Below, piece by piece: positions 1 through 13,334 of a stretch of DNA of 64,000 nt (positions are counted from its first letter, which is position 1; each line of letters starts with the position of its first letter). A program made the translations under genes and the position numbers. The stretch covers positions 992,001 through 1,056,000 of the forward strand of contig OX597833.1 of NCBI GenBank assembly GCA_951406725.2. The letters run 5' to 3'. The notes beneath the pieces were generated by a model. It was given only the letters and a program-made list of their open reading frames with translations. It was not told the DNA's origin and ran no database searches. The stretch is from Octopus vulgaris (taxonomy: Eukaryota).

Positions 1-529
1 ACCCCTCTCTCTGCCCCATCACTTAGACTCTATCACTTCATAACTGACACCCCTTTACTTTTTATACCTTTCTCTCTCTATCACCTTCATCTCCCCGTTC
101 CTACTTTCGAATTAGCTGGACTGACCCCTAACTGGTACACCTTCCCTTATTATCTCTCTCCTTGTTTTTCTTTTTTCTTTCTTTTCTTTATTCCTCTCTT
201 CCTGTTTTCGATTTGATCTTACAAATACATTCCCTACTTTTAGGTCACTTTAAATAAAACCCTTGATTCAATATCACTGTGTACAAACTCTATACTTGGA
301 ATGACCAATTTTAGATACTATTGGATTTTACTCACAAGGTATTGGAATATTATATGTATACCATTCTGCCTAAATAATGGATCTACAAATGCAATATCAC
401 TGCATATCTCACATCTATTTTCGTTCCTCCACTTCACTCTCTATTTCGTATCTTATCTAAATTAACTATTGCTTAACCATTTTCTCACGCCGTCTCCGAT
501 GTATAATCTTGCAAAACAACTTGATAATC

Positions 530-610
<81 letters not shown>

Positions 611-1546
611 TATATGTACGTAATTGCCCAATGGTTAGGGCAGTAGACTCGCGGTCGTAGGATCGCGTTTTCGATTCTCAGACCGGGCGTTGTGAGTGTT
701 TATTGAACGAAAACACCTAAGTTCCACGAGGCTCAGGCAGGGGGTGGGCGTGGCGATCCCTGCTGTACTCTTTCGCCACAACATTCTCTCACTCTTTCTT
801 CTGCTGGCCTGCTCGCTTAGCCAGCGGGGTGGCGTCATTTGAAGGCTAAAACAATGCGAAGCGCATTGTGACCAGCGATGTGTAGCAACATCTAATAGTC
901 TAGTTTAAAAAATATATATATATATAAATATATATGTATGTATTTATATATATGTGTATACGTATAAATATATATGTATACACACATACATACACACACA
1001 CACATACACACACACACACACACATATATATATGTAGGTATATATTTTACTTATTCATTTACAACATTCTTTGCAATCTAAACACGACCTATATTGTTTT
1101 CCATTGATGTATAGAAAACTTTTTGATACACATTTTCTTCGTTCTCGCTCCGGTGATGCAAATCTCTTCCGCACCCCCAAGCTCTAGTTTTGCTCTCTCG
1201 ATAAACGTAGAACCTTTCGTGTGTGGTCGAATATCTACAGAAACAACCATACTTCACTTCTCAAACCCAAAATTAAAAGAGTTTGCGGATAAAAGACTGG
1301 AATTGTCATGGATTACTGTCTAATTACATCCTGTAATTATCGAGCACTGGCTCTATAATTCTTCCTTTCGATGCTTTGTAGATAATCATACTGTCATCAC
1401 TCTGACCTCCACCTTAACCACCAAGACTACTAAAACCACCACCAACACTACCAAACGCATCACCACCTTACCACCACCGCCGCTACTACCTCCAAATAGT
1501 ATATTAATAATTATATTCATATTTATAACAACAGATTGACAATTAA

Positions 1547-1766
1547 CCTCTCCACGCGCTGAAAATAGACGCTAAATGGACGCTAAAACCACTTTAAAAA
1601 ATCCAAAAACACAGGTTGTAGTCGAGCAAAAGAAAGATAATAAAATAAACTTTTGTTCAATCGTGTATAAGATCTCATTTGAAGCTCAGGTTTAAAAGTA
1701 TACCTAGTGGAGTTTTTAAGGTGGTTTTAGCGTCATTTGGCTTCTATTTTCAGCGCGTGAAGAGGC
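1547..1766. mobile_element. MITE-like element with long imperfect TIRs
   Basis: CCTCTCCACGCGCTGAAAATAGA...TCTATTTTCAGCGCGTGAAGAGG inverted pair. Confidence 0.65.
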
Positions 1767-1818
1767 ATGTTGCCAATCCCTTCTTATTATTTATATATAT
1801 ATATAAATCCTTAAATCC

Positions 1819-1918
1819 NNNNNNNNNNNNNNNNNNNNNNNNNNNNNNNNNNNNNNNNNNNNNNNNNNNNNNNNNNNNNNNNNNNNNNNNNNNNNNNNNN
1901 NNNNNNNNNNNNNNNNNN
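1819..1918. other. Assembly gap
   Basis: run of 100 N. Confidence 0.99.
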
Positions 1919-2231
1919 ATGGAGTTTGACACAGCTACTCTCATTTGCACCTCTTGCCGTGAGTTAAGTTCATCTGGGACTCTTGACAGGAAGATGTCCA
2001 GCTTCGATTTATATATATATATATATATAACAAATAAGAAAATGGAGAAACACATTAGTTGGTTTATCAGCTTTAGGATATTCGAATGTTGTCTTATTCA
2101 ATTAACAACTACAACCATAATAACATACATATATACAGTTTAAAATTCAATACATTTAAGATAAGAATACAAATAGTTAATTAAAAAAACATTAATATAA
2201 ATTGTTATATATATATATATATATATATATT

Positions 2232-2460
2232 TCTTTACTACCCACAAGGGGCTAAACATAGAGGGGACAAACAAGGACAGACAAAGGGATTAAGTCGATT
2301 ACATCGACCCCAGTGCGTAACTGGTACTTAATTTATCGACCCCGAAAGGATGAAAGGCAAAGTCGACCTCGGCGGAATTTGAACCCAGAACACTTAACGG
2401 CAGACGAAATACGGCTACGCATTTCGCCCGACGTGCTAACGTTTCTGCCAGCTCGCCGCC
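2232..2460 (-). mobile_element. SINE family C
   Basis: minus-strand GGTTCAAATTCC B box followed by GCCTTTCATCCTTTCGGGGTCGATAAA core; relatives at about 20700-20870 and 23750-24120. Confidence 0.75.
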
Positions 2461-2513
2461 TGATATATATATATATATATATATATCATTTATTGTTTTT
2501 AATCTTAACTTAC

Positions 2514-2577
2514 TGAGTGACGAGCATGGAAGTATCATCACGGATATAATCATCATCATCGTCGTCGTCGTCACCAT
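2514..2577 (-). CDS. Ig-cluster gene 0, exon 1 (signal peptide); rest of the gene lies left of the window
   Basis: CCAAC-ATG-G start, reads MVTTTTMMMIISVMILPCSSL, phase-1 donor A|GTAAGT; paralogous to the exon 1 copies at 16174, 28103 and 50778. Confidence 0.75.
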
Positions 2578-2760
2578 GTTGGTTGGTAGAGAAAACGAAC
2601 GCGGATTGCCTCGAACGAAAGCATTGTAACCACGTGACATATTTGATCCAGGTCAAATACAAATTAGAGAAAATTTGGCAATAGTTTTTCGTGTCGAAAT
2701 GTGATGAAACTAATAAGTGATAAAAGTAATTAGTTAATTAATGAAAAAAGTGCATAACAA
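2578..2760 (-). promoter_or_regulatory. Conserved proximal upstream block of the Ig genes with an E-box and an AGGTCA-containing near-palindrome
   Basis: CACGTG at 2631-2636 and ATTTGATCCAGGTCAAAT at 2641-2658; block repeated upstream of every exon 1 (about 16250, 28182, 50836); regulatory function is inferred. Confidence 0.4.
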
Positions 2761-3414
2761 ACAAAACAGAAAGAAACAAAAAGAAAGCTCCTGTGAAATG
2801 AGAAAATTATTTTCAAATAAGAATAATTAAGAAAGTGATGTTAGGTTTACGACAGTCCGTTGAGGGACCTTGTCTTGCAGAGAATTGGTGACCCCACTAG
2901 AGATGGTGCTACAACAAATACATCAATACAGTCTGTAAAGTGGTTGGAGTGAGGCAGAGCGTCCACCTGTAGAAACTATTGTAATGCAGACATTGGTGCA
3001 GTGTGTCTAGTGACATCGCTGTGTTTACTCTCTCTCTCTCTCTTTTACTTGTTTCAGTCATTTGACTGCGGCCATGCTGGAGCACCGCCTTTAGTCGAGC
3101 AAATCGACCCCCAGGACTTATTCTTTGTAAGCCAAGTACTTATTCTATCGGTCTCTTTTGCCGAACCGCTAAGTGACGGAGACGTAAGTACACCAGCATC
3201 AGTTGTCAAGCAATGCTAGGGGGACAAACACAGACACACAAACACAGACACACACACACATATATATATACATATACATATATATATACAACGGGCTTCT
3301 TTCAGTTTCCGTCTACCAAATCCACTCACAAGGCTTTGGTTAGCCCGGGGCTATAGCAGAAGACACTTGCCCAAGATGCCACGCAGTGGGACTGAACCCG
3401 GAACCATGTGAAAT

Positions 3415-4330
3415 TTTTGATTTTGAGATCCCGTGATTAGTCTGCGATTTTGTCATAGACAGGAAGGTGGACCAAAGAGTCAAAGTACAATTTTGTGTTA
3501 AAATTTTAAAGTCTGGTAGAGAGAGAGACATTGAGCATGCTTCGACAAGATTACGGAGACAAGAAAATGGGTCGTACGCAATGTTTCGAAGGACGCAGGC
3601 ACTTCAAAAGCAGAAGAACTTCCCTGGAAGTGTATGAGTGATCTGGTAGGCCTGCCATGAGCATCACCTCCGGTCAACCAACTCGATGCTGCTTACCGAA
3701 CACTGGACAGAATCCTGTGAGTGGACAAAGTATTAGAACTGCACCGCCAACGAATGTACTATGAGAAACCATTTCAAAAGAGGCGCCGGCTTAGCTATAA
3801 GAGGTGTAAGAGGATCTACGACAACAGTATGAACCAGAAAATAGGGTTCCTAATGAGAAAAAACCGACCTGACCCTTGGCTTCGATAAACAAGGATGTGC
3901 TTCTGTGTGAGCCTGGAGGCCCTACCCCGACAGGCAGAGAAGTTGGACGTTTGTGTGTCTATATGTTTGTTGTCTTTTAGCCCCAAGTCAGCCCTGAACT
4001 CAGCAGAACTTACAACCAAGAATGGTCCAGGAGGTTCCATCAATGACCATCCCATCTATTTGTGAAAATTCATCGGCTTGTGCACGAGAATCGTCAGAGG
4101 ATGTTAATGACATTGCTAATGTTGTTGGTCTGTCGAATGGGGCCGTACAGCAACCCTAACGTTTGAATTGAATACGCGGCAAGTCTTTGCCTGGTTTGTC
4201 CACTGTCTGCTGACATCTGAGCAGAAAGAATATTGCATCGAAGTCTCTCAAGGTCTCCGTCAGCGTTCCGCTCACGACCCGTCCTTTATGTCGAGGATCA
4301 TCCCTAGTGGCAAGAGTTGGGGGTACGGGT
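3415..4330 (+). mobile_element. Degraded mariner transposase fragment (interrupted)
   Basis: residual DQRVKVQFC / FKSRRTSLE...SGRP-type motifs; paralogous fragment at about 17110-17730. Confidence 0.6.
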
Positions 4331-4587
4331 CCGCCACTGAGACGGAGCAGTTGTTGGGCTGAGAGGCGGTTTGTTGAAAGCAATACTCGTTGTCAGGTAA
4401 ATGATGTTGTAGAGTACGTCCAGGTGAGTCGGAGTATTTCTGTGAAGTATCTCCACCAACTTGGCCGCTATAGCAGGAAGGAAACCTCTTCCTTGACGAG
4501 GAAAAATTGAATGAAATGATTATAAGCTTTCAAGCATCATGGTGCTCATTTACTGTTGAGGTGTCTGTGACTACACACACGCACGCG

Positions 4588-4660
<73 letters not shown>

Positions 4661-5049
4661 ATGTGAGGAGGCGCAATGGCCCAGTGCTTAGGGAAATGGG
4701 CTTGCTGTCATAGGATCGCGGTTTCGATTCACAGAGCGCACGTTGTGAGTGTTTATTGAGCAAAAACGCCTTAAGCCCCGCGTGGCTCCGGCAGGATGTG
4801 GTGGCGAACCCTGCTGTACTCTTTCACCACAACATTCTCTCACTCTTTCTTCCTGTTTCTGTTGTACTTGTATATGAAAAGACCAGCCTTGTCACACTCT
4901 GTGTCACGCTGAATTCTCGCCCGAGAACTACATTAAGGATACACTCGTCTGTGGAGTGCTCAGCCACTTGCACGCTAATATCACGAGCATGCTGTTCCAT
5001 TGATCGGATCAACCTGGAACCCTCGTCGTCGTAACCGACGGAGTACCAC

Positions 5050-5084
<35 letters not shown>

Positions 5085-5421
5085 GCACATATGTATATGC
5101 TTCCTTTTATATTTAAGCGCAGGTGTGCTGTGTGCTAAGAACCTTGGCTGCGGGTTCAGTCCCACTGCGTGGCACCATGAGCAAGAAGTCTATTCTAATC
5201 CGATATTTATTGTTTTAAACCTGATATTTATTTTAGCAGTTTTGTTTTTACTGTATGCTAAGTCACATGGACTTAAAGATACTAACAATGGTTTTCAAGC
5301 GACGGTGGGGAACCGAGATAAGCACAAAGACATGCGCGTGCGTACACACACTCACACACACGCACATTTAACAGCAAATTACATTTAACGCGCATTTAAC
5401 ACCAATTTCATTAAAAATCCG

Positions 5422-5862
5422 AGATCTTTTCGGTTTGAACGGCAGTTTTTAAAAATAATTTCCACGTATCTAAACACTTTTAAACTTTGTATACTGGCAG
5501 AATGTGTTTATAAAATATCTTTTTCTCTTGGCTTTATTGAGAACATTCTATGGTTTGTAAGATATTTGTTGTTTTTTTCTTCAATTTCTGCAATTTCAAC
5601 CAATCAATGACGTTTATTGAGGTGAAAACATTTTGTGCCGTATGAATATGTCCCTCGTTTAAGAAACAGATTGGGTTTATTTACATTTGTGAAGAAAAAA
5701 GATACCCTCTCCCCACCCCTAACCCTAACCCTAACTAACCCTAACCTTAACCCTAACCCTAAAACAGATTGAGATGCAATAGATCGATACTAGGGTCATA
5801 ATTATGGGTGACAATTTCATATGACACCGCTAGAAAAACTGCCGTTCAAACCGAAAAGATCC
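5422..5862. mobile_element. MITE with about 28-bp TIRs, 8-bp TSD and internal (CCCTAA)n
   Basis: TIR GATCTTTTCGGTTTGAACGGCAGTTTTT; TSD AAAATCCG. Confidence 0.85.
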
Positions 5863-6760
5863 AAAATCCGATTTCATTAACACCAATTTCATTACAAATC
5901 CGAAAAATGCTAATTTGAAATGAAGGAATTAAAAATGTAAGAATCAAAAAAAAAAAAAAAAGACATAAAAACAGTCTATATATTTACCTTCACTTTCACT
6001 ATTCCGCTGTTAAGCAAGACCTTACCATGAGCAACACTGAAGATGCCTTTATCGTCATACATATATAATAGCAGAAATTGTGTTCTAAATGTTTCAGCAA
6101 AGAATCTCTGCTTTTGCTAATCCAACTATTTGCGAAAACTGAGTATTTTGAATTTAGAAAACGCTGCTAAATTCTTCAAGAAAATCTCTTTGGAATTGAC
6201 ATGATTGGAAAGAACTATTCTGAAAAGTATTCCAAAGTTCACCGCGTGTCTGGATTCGGAAAAGTGAAACAGTGAGATCGCGTCAACGGAGATTCTTTGC
6301 CAAAATGTTATTAAATCTGTAAAGCATAGTGTATCAAGGAGAGTATTATCCAAAATGTATCTCTTCTTTATAGGCGTGGCTTTGTGGTTGAGAAGTTTGC
6401 TTTCCAAACATGTCGCCTTAGGTTCAACCCCACCGTGCGGCACATTGGGCGATTCTCTTTCATTACAGCTCCATGCCGACCAAAGCCTTGTGTATTATAT
6501 AATTGCCATTACCGTATTGATATATCAAATAACACAACTCATTATTGTGATATAATAAACAAACAGAAGTTCGTGTATGAAATTGATATTTTTTCTACTT
6601 CAATTATTACATGTTTATTTCCTTATTAAATACACACATAGAGGAGGAGTAAATCTCTATATATTTATAATAACACTTTGAATGTGACTCCGGAGAAAGA
6701 GTAAATGTGATTACCCGATCAACGACGGGTGTTACAGATGTGTGTGTGTGTGTGTATATA

Positions 6761-6827
<67 letters not shown>

Positions 6828-6934
6828 TGTGAACGTATATATATATATATATATATATACGTACACAGTCAAGCACGCTTTTTGCAAATATAGACACTCA
6901 CACATACATACATAATTACATATATATATATATG

Positions 6935-7015
<81 letters not shown>

Positions 7016-7077
7016 GTATGTATGTATGTATGTATATATGTATGTATGTATATATGTATGGAGTCCAATTCAATGTC

Positions 7078-7231
7078 TTATAGGTCCACAACGAACGATA
7101 TCTCAAGTTGTCCAACGGGTCTTAGTGACAAAAACCAACAAGGCATTGGTTCCTTCTTTCCTTTCATCGTCACTTCACCACGGTATTCAAAATTGAGGTT
7201 TTCGTGGAGGCATTCAGGTTCCTGGAGACAC
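7078..7231 (-). CDS. Orphan terminal exon of a soluble guanylate cyclase beta-like gene (copy 1)
   Basis: acceptor TTTTATCTCTCGACAG then (R)[35 protein letters not shown]...-stop; matches the sGC beta-1 catalytic C-terminus as I recall it (RCL...[19 protein letters not shown]); no upstream cyclase exons recognised in the window. Confidence 0.7.
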
Positions 7232-7544
7232 CTGTCGAGAGATAAAATATATAGACAGATAGTTTCATATCTATATGGACATATACATGCATGTAGGCAT
7301 ACATACTTATATACATACACGAAGCTGATAACATTGTAAGACATGGAAGGAATCTCCATGAGTAGCATTCTTTGTCTGATAACATAAAATGCATGTCCAT
7401 GAAGTGAGGAGTACAGGAGTAGGGTAGAAGTAGGGTACACGTGACTGTGGAGTGCTCAGCCACATGCACGTTAATTTAACGAGCAGGCTGTTCTGTTGAT
7501 CAGTTCAACTGAAACCCGCGTCGTCGTAAGCACGGAGTGCCACC

Positions 7545-7691
<147 letters not shown>

Positions 7692-7729
7692 TACATATAT
7701 ATATATATATATATATATGTTCCAGTATA

Positions 7730-8685
7730 AATTCTGATCCTTCTTTCAAGATGACACAGATTCCGCAGTTGGGCCTTCCACATTTTCTAACTGCTGGTTT
7801 TGTGGTTGATGTTGAGTGCAGTGTAGCTTAGGGTTAAAATCCTTTTCAAGGATTTTGGTTGCCGTTTACTTTTAATGATGGTGTGTGTTTCGAGGATCCG
7901 GTTCATCTTTGGGTCTCCCTTTAGTAGGGCTGTGCTTTGTAGTATGGTGTTGAAGGCCTCATTGTTGAGTGGGTTGTGTGTAGAGATGTAGGGAAGGGTT
8001 TTTAATTGTTCTTTCTTTTTTGGTTTTGTTTGTCTCAGGTCTTCTATACTTAATTTAAGTACCCGTTGGATTGCACTGTCTATTAGGGGCTGTGGATAGT
8101 TTCTATTTGTGAGTGTGGTTCTAAGTTCCTGGAGACGTGTGTGTCGGGTGTTTGTGTCTGATATTATGGTGCAAATCCTTCTAGCTAAACAAAAAGGGAC
8201 ATTCATTCTAGTGTGTCGTGGGTGGCATGAATCAAAGGGTAGGTACTGTTTAGAGTCTGTCGGTTTATAGTAGATATCTGTCTCTATTTTGTTGCCGGTT
8301 ATCTTAATGAGGATGTCTAAAAATGGTAATTCTTTTTCGTTGTGGTCCATCGTGAATTGTATATTGTCATTTATTCCATTTAATAGAATTTTAAATTCCT
8401 CAAGTTTCTCTATGCCTTTGTCCCAGATGATGAAACAGTCATCGAGGTATCTTTTCCAGTTGTTATGGATATAGGTGGCGAAGGTGCGTACTGCACCATC
8501 TTTTGCCAACCTAGTGATGGGATACCTCGAGAAAATACTATACCGGATGACACTCGAGAAATATGGCAACACCTTCGCCACCTATATCCATAACAACTGG
8601 AAAAGATACCTCGATGACTGTTTCATCATCTGGGAACAAAGGCATAGAGAAACTTGAGGAATTTAAAATTCTATTAAATGGAATT
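7730..8685 (-). mobile_element. Penelope-like RT fragment with an inverted 5' segment
   Basis: WKRYLDDCF, LPFLDI and SCHPRH motifs; 8476-8685 is inverted relative to 7730-8475. Confidence 0.88.
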
Positions 8686-9085
8686 CCAGAATACAGACAT
8701 ACAAATACACATACGCACACACACGCACACACACACACGCACACACATATATATTTGAGAAGTTCTCAGTCTTATCGTTAAAGGCACGAAACTGAGTGTT
8801 AGTATATTTGGTCGATAACTGATGAAGAATTAGGGTCCTTCTGTGTCTGTCCTACCTGTAAGCTTTGTAGAATTTAATGCACTTTTCATTTATTGAGTAA
8901 CTGAATGCTACCGATCCCGATGCTTATATGTATGTGTATGTGTGTGTGTGTGTGTGTGTGTGATTATGTATTCTTGCAAGGATGTAAATTGATAAAAAAA
9001 GGCAACATTGGAGAAGCAAGATAAGAAAGAATAAGACGGGAAAACAAACCTTCGTTATAATTCCTGGAGCAAAAACGGGATGGTG

Positions 9086-9180
9086 CTAGCGGCAACTTGC
9101 AAGAACCAGAAAGAGAAGAGAAAGTCTGGAGACAGAAAACCATGCTGTATCTGGTAGAGCAGATTTGGGGCTGCCAGATC
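9086..9180 (-). CDS. Ig-cluster gene 1, exon 4 (hydrophobic GPI-signal-like C-terminus)
   Basis: acceptor TTTTTTGTCTTTACAG; phase-1 entry gives GSGSPKSALPDTAWFSVSRLSLLFLVLASCR-stop; joined CDS 825 nt = 274 aa. Confidence 0.75.
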
Positions 9181-10144
9181 CTGTAAAGACAAAAAATCAG
9201 GGAGGCTGGAATAATACTTGGTGCCCCAAAACATAGAAACTGAATTCACTTTTATTGTTGTCACCAATAGGCTTTCATACTTTCCCAACCTTTTATCGTG
9301 CTGCAGTTTGATGTGATGTCTTGTTTGGTTTCATAGGTTTGTCGTGTGGTTTGATATGATGTTTGAAGTGATGTTTGATATGATGTCTGATGTGATGTTT
9401 GAAGTGTGGATTGATGAGGTTCTTTCTTGGGCCTGATGCCTTGTAATGTGGTTTTGAGACGATGTAGCAGCGATTGCTGCCTATATCTATTTTGCTTTTA
9501 GATTTTACTTGATTCAGTTATTGAACTGCAGCCAAGGTGGGACACCGACTTGTGGGAGTTCAGTCGAAGAAATCTTCTCCATTGCTTATTGTTTAAAGCC
9601 TGTTACACATACTGTCGGTCTTCTTTTCCCGAACCGATATATTACTAGGACGTACGATAGGCTTCTTTCAGTTTCCGTCCATCAAGATTTACTCGTAAGT
9701 TTTTGGTCGACCCGGGGCTAGAATAAAAGACACTTGCTCAAGGTGCCATGCAGTGGGACTGAATCGCAAACGTATTCCCACAGAGAAACACCGGTGCTTT
9801 TAAAGAAAATAAAGCTATTAAATAGTTACAGAGATGTACTTGCATAGCAAATGACCTGAGCTGAGATCGTGTACTGGTACGAAAACAATTGCAGCGTGGA
9901 AGGTTTTTATAAGCCATTTAAAACACACAAAAACCGTTAGATTCACTTCAACATTTAAAATTCAGATGCAGCACCGAATTTTATCAGTGAAGAGGTCGCG
10001 GTCTCAAAGCGACGAAAATATTTTGGCAAATTAAATTTAAATGTTGAAGTGAATCTAACGGTTTTTGCGTGTTGTAAGTGGCTTATAGACACCTTCCACG
10101 CTGCAAAGATATTAAGCTATGTAAGAAATAGAACATTTGCTCAC

Positions 10145-10465
10145 CTGCTCTGTATTCATACATTCGTTGTGAAATTGTCCTGCCAAATAATGTACACGAG
10201 ATTGTTGTTCCATAGTAGTCTTTCTGGGTTAAAACGTGTCGATATAGCGACTCTACTAGTTTGCAGTATTGGGCAGTTTTCGGAAGAGGCACTCTCCTGT
10301 CTGTCATCTGTGGTTTAACGTTTTTATCGTCATGTTTTACAGTCCATCTAAAGGTGACAGAACTGTAAGTAGTTGCTGAAACGTATGCCAAACACCTGAA
10401 TGTAACCGCATTGCGCCCTTTATAGGGGGGAACGATACTTTCGAGACTATAGACAAAAGATTTCA
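10145..10465 (-). CDS. Ig-cluster gene 1, exon 3 (second, C-like Ig domain)
   Basis: 321 nt, acceptor TTTTCTCTACAG, donor G|GTGAGC; TFRC...TFRW...KD..GTTISC gives Ig Cys/Trp/Cys spacing. Confidence 0.88.
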
Positions 10466-10544
10466 CTGTAGAGAAAATGGAATTTAAGACAATAAGATTC
10501 ACAACACTGAAATGGAGGAATGAAATTGGTTCAAATTGCTATAC

Positions 10545-10985
10545 TCTTTACTCTTTTATTCTTTTACTCTTTACTCTTTTACTCTTTTACTTGTTTCAGT
10601 CATTTGACTGCGGCCATGCTGGAGCACCGCCTTTTTTAGTCGAGCAAATCGACCCCGGGACTTATTCTTTCTAAGCCCAGTACTTATTCTATCGGTCTCT
10701 TTTGCCGAACCGCTAAGTGACGGCGACGTAAACACACCAGCATCGGTTGTCAAGCAATGCTGGGGGGACAAACACAGACACACAAACACATACACACACA
10801 TATATATATATATACATATATACGACAGGCTTCTTTCAGTTTCTGTCTACCAAATCCACTCACAAGGCATTGGTCGGCCCGGGGCTATAGTAGAAGACAC
10901 TTGCCCAAGATGCCACGCAGTGGGACTGAACCCGGAACCATGTGGTTGGTTAGCAAGCTACTTATCTCACAGCCACTCCTGCGCC
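10545..10985 (-). mobile_element. tRNA-derived SINE family A (full length)
   Basis: head GGCGCAGGAGTGGCTGTG with A/B-box-like motifs, (AAAAGAGT)n tail; other copies at about 3038-3410, 13760-14255, 29027-29445, 37757-38215, 52516-52680 and 55040-55447. Confidence 0.85.
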
Positions 10986-11619
10986 CATATTGATATAAAA
11001 CTAAACGGCTGAAGATCAACCAAAATATCTGAGATGCTACTCTGTGATATGTTAGCGATCTCCAGGGCTTCAACTAATTTATGTTAAAACTATAGCAACA
11101 CTAGGATAGGGTTGTAACTGAGGTAGGAAATATAACGATTCTTTGGACACCGTAGTGCAGACAGACAGAATCACCAACGCTAATGAATCGGATATTCTTG
11201 GGTAGACCAAACTGATAATCACCGTTCATTGATCGACATCGGTGTGCCTTCTGATTATATATTCGGGCAAATGAATTAGAGAAGCTCATTGAGATCGAAA
11301 AAAAATGTGGCATCTCAAGGCAGTTACAATAACAGGGATTGTGGGAGCAGTAAAAATGGTCAAAAAAATGACATCTGGCTTACCATTCCTACAAGAACTG
11401 TAAAGCATTGTCTGAACTGGTACGTCACATTTATACAGAAGAGAGCATTGCCGTTGGGAGATCAATGACCTTCAATGTAAATAATTTTTTTTTACATGAC
11501 TTTATTTGGGTTTGTAAAGGAAGAATCTGGTATGTTTATTTTAATGGTGAGTCACTGTATATAGTGAGTCTCTCTAGCATAGGTTCCAGGAAGACATTCG
11601 GTAGGAAAAGGAGATAAAA

Positions 11620-11880
<261 letters not shown>

Positions 11881-11949
11881 TTACTTTTTTTTTCTTCTTT
11901 CAAATTTGCTTCCATTTCTTGCCGAGTGTCTTCCCGACTCCTAGGGCAA

Positions 11950-12308
11950 AGAAACTCATAGTATACATTGGTAGGCCATTAAACCAAACTCAGTAGTTCG
12001 TTCATTTTTTTATTATTTTTTTTTTTTTAAGTTAAATTAAAATACATGAGCAGCAACAGTTCTCACATCGACAATGCTCTTCTCAATACGTGTGATGTAC
12101 CAGTTAAGACAATCTTTTGCACTTCTTGCAGGGATGGTAAGCCAGGGATCATTCTCATATAATTTTCGGTTCCCTTCTTGATCATTCCTAGTGCTCCTAC
12201 GATCACGGGTATTGTAACCGCCTTGAGATGCCACATTTTCTCAATTTCAATGAGTAGGTCTTTATATTTTCTGAGCTTGTCAAACTCTTTCGCTGAGATA
12301 TTGTGATC
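11950..12308 (-). mobile_element. 3' fragment of an RLE-type (R4/Dong-like) LINE between TAA arrays
   Basis: KEFDKLRKYKDL..EI.KMW...TIPVIVGALG endonuclease tail. Confidence 0.78.
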
Positions 12309-12311
12309 ACA

Positions 12312-12346
12312 TATTATTATCATTATTATTATCATCATCATCATTA

Positions 12347-12377
<31 letters not shown>

Positions 12378-12430
12378 TATTATTATCATTATTATTATTA
12401 TTATTATTATCATTATTATTATTATTATTA

Positions 12431-12461
<31 letters not shown>

Positions 12462-12475
12462 CATTATTATTATTA

Positions 12476-12512
<37 letters not shown>

Positions 12513-12619
12513 CATCATCATCATTATTATTATTATTATTATTATTATCATTATTATTATTATTATTATTATCATTATTATTATTATTATTATCATTATT
12601 ATCATTATTATTATTATTA

Positions 12620-12668
<49 letters not shown>

Positions 12669-12697
12669 CATCATCATTATTATTATTATTATTATTA

Positions 12698-12740
<43 letters not shown>

Positions 12741-12757
12741 CATTATTATTATTATTA

Positions 12758-12806
<49 letters not shown>

Positions 12807-12826
12807 CATTATTATTATCATCATCA

Positions 12827-12857
<31 letters not shown>

Positions 12858-12892
12858 CATTATTATTATTATTATCATTATTATTATTATTA

Positions 12893-12935
<43 letters not shown>

Positions 12936-12994
12936 CATTATTATTATTATTATTATCATTATTATTATTATTATCATTATTATTATTATTATTA

Positions 12995-13025
<31 letters not shown>

Positions 13026-13045
13026 CATTATTATTATTATTATTA

Positions 13046-13085
<40 letters not shown>

Positions 13086-13105
13086 CATTATTATTATCAT
13101 CATCA

Positions 13106-13139
<34 letters not shown>

Positions 13140-13180
13140 CATTATTATTATTATTATTATTATCATTATTATTATTATTA

Positions 13181-13220
<40 letters not shown>

Positions 13221-13261
13221 CATTATTATTATTATTATTATTATCATTATTATTATTATTA

Positions 13262-13294
<33 letters not shown>
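12312..13294. repeat. About 1-kb (ATT)n/(ATC) microsatellite
   Basis: continuous ATT array with ATC interruptions. Confidence 0.97.
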
Positions 13295-13295
<1 letters not shown>

Positions 13296-13334
13296 GAGTG
13301 CTGCAGTTCATTCACTAGATGAAATCAAATTAAC

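Noticed and set aside
2578-2640. Upstream in-frame ATG giving an MSRGYNAFVRG... extension in all four exon 1 copies
   Set aside because: It would bury the signal peptide, and the downstream ATG has the better CCAAC-ATG context; it cannot be fully excluded without TSS data
2890-2912. CTCF-like motif CCACTAGAGATGGTGC upstream of each gene, by analogy to protocadherin promoter choice
   Set aside because: The spacing deviates from the consensus and it sits in what looks like a decayed dispersed repeat
5717-5762. Chromosome end or fusion scar from (CCCTAA)n
   Set aside because: The tract is short and internal to a TIR element present twice
6126-6443. Minus-strand ORF FGILFRIVLSNHVNSKEIF... repeated near 18698
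   Set aside because: The frame is not preserved across copies, there is no recognisable domain, and the splice-like signals are on the opposite strand
12063-13322. Long poly-Ile, poly-Tyr and poly-Asn ORFs, plus the many YIYI, LSIY, CVCV and ERER ORFs elsewhere
   Set aside because: They are translations of microsatellites with no coding signal
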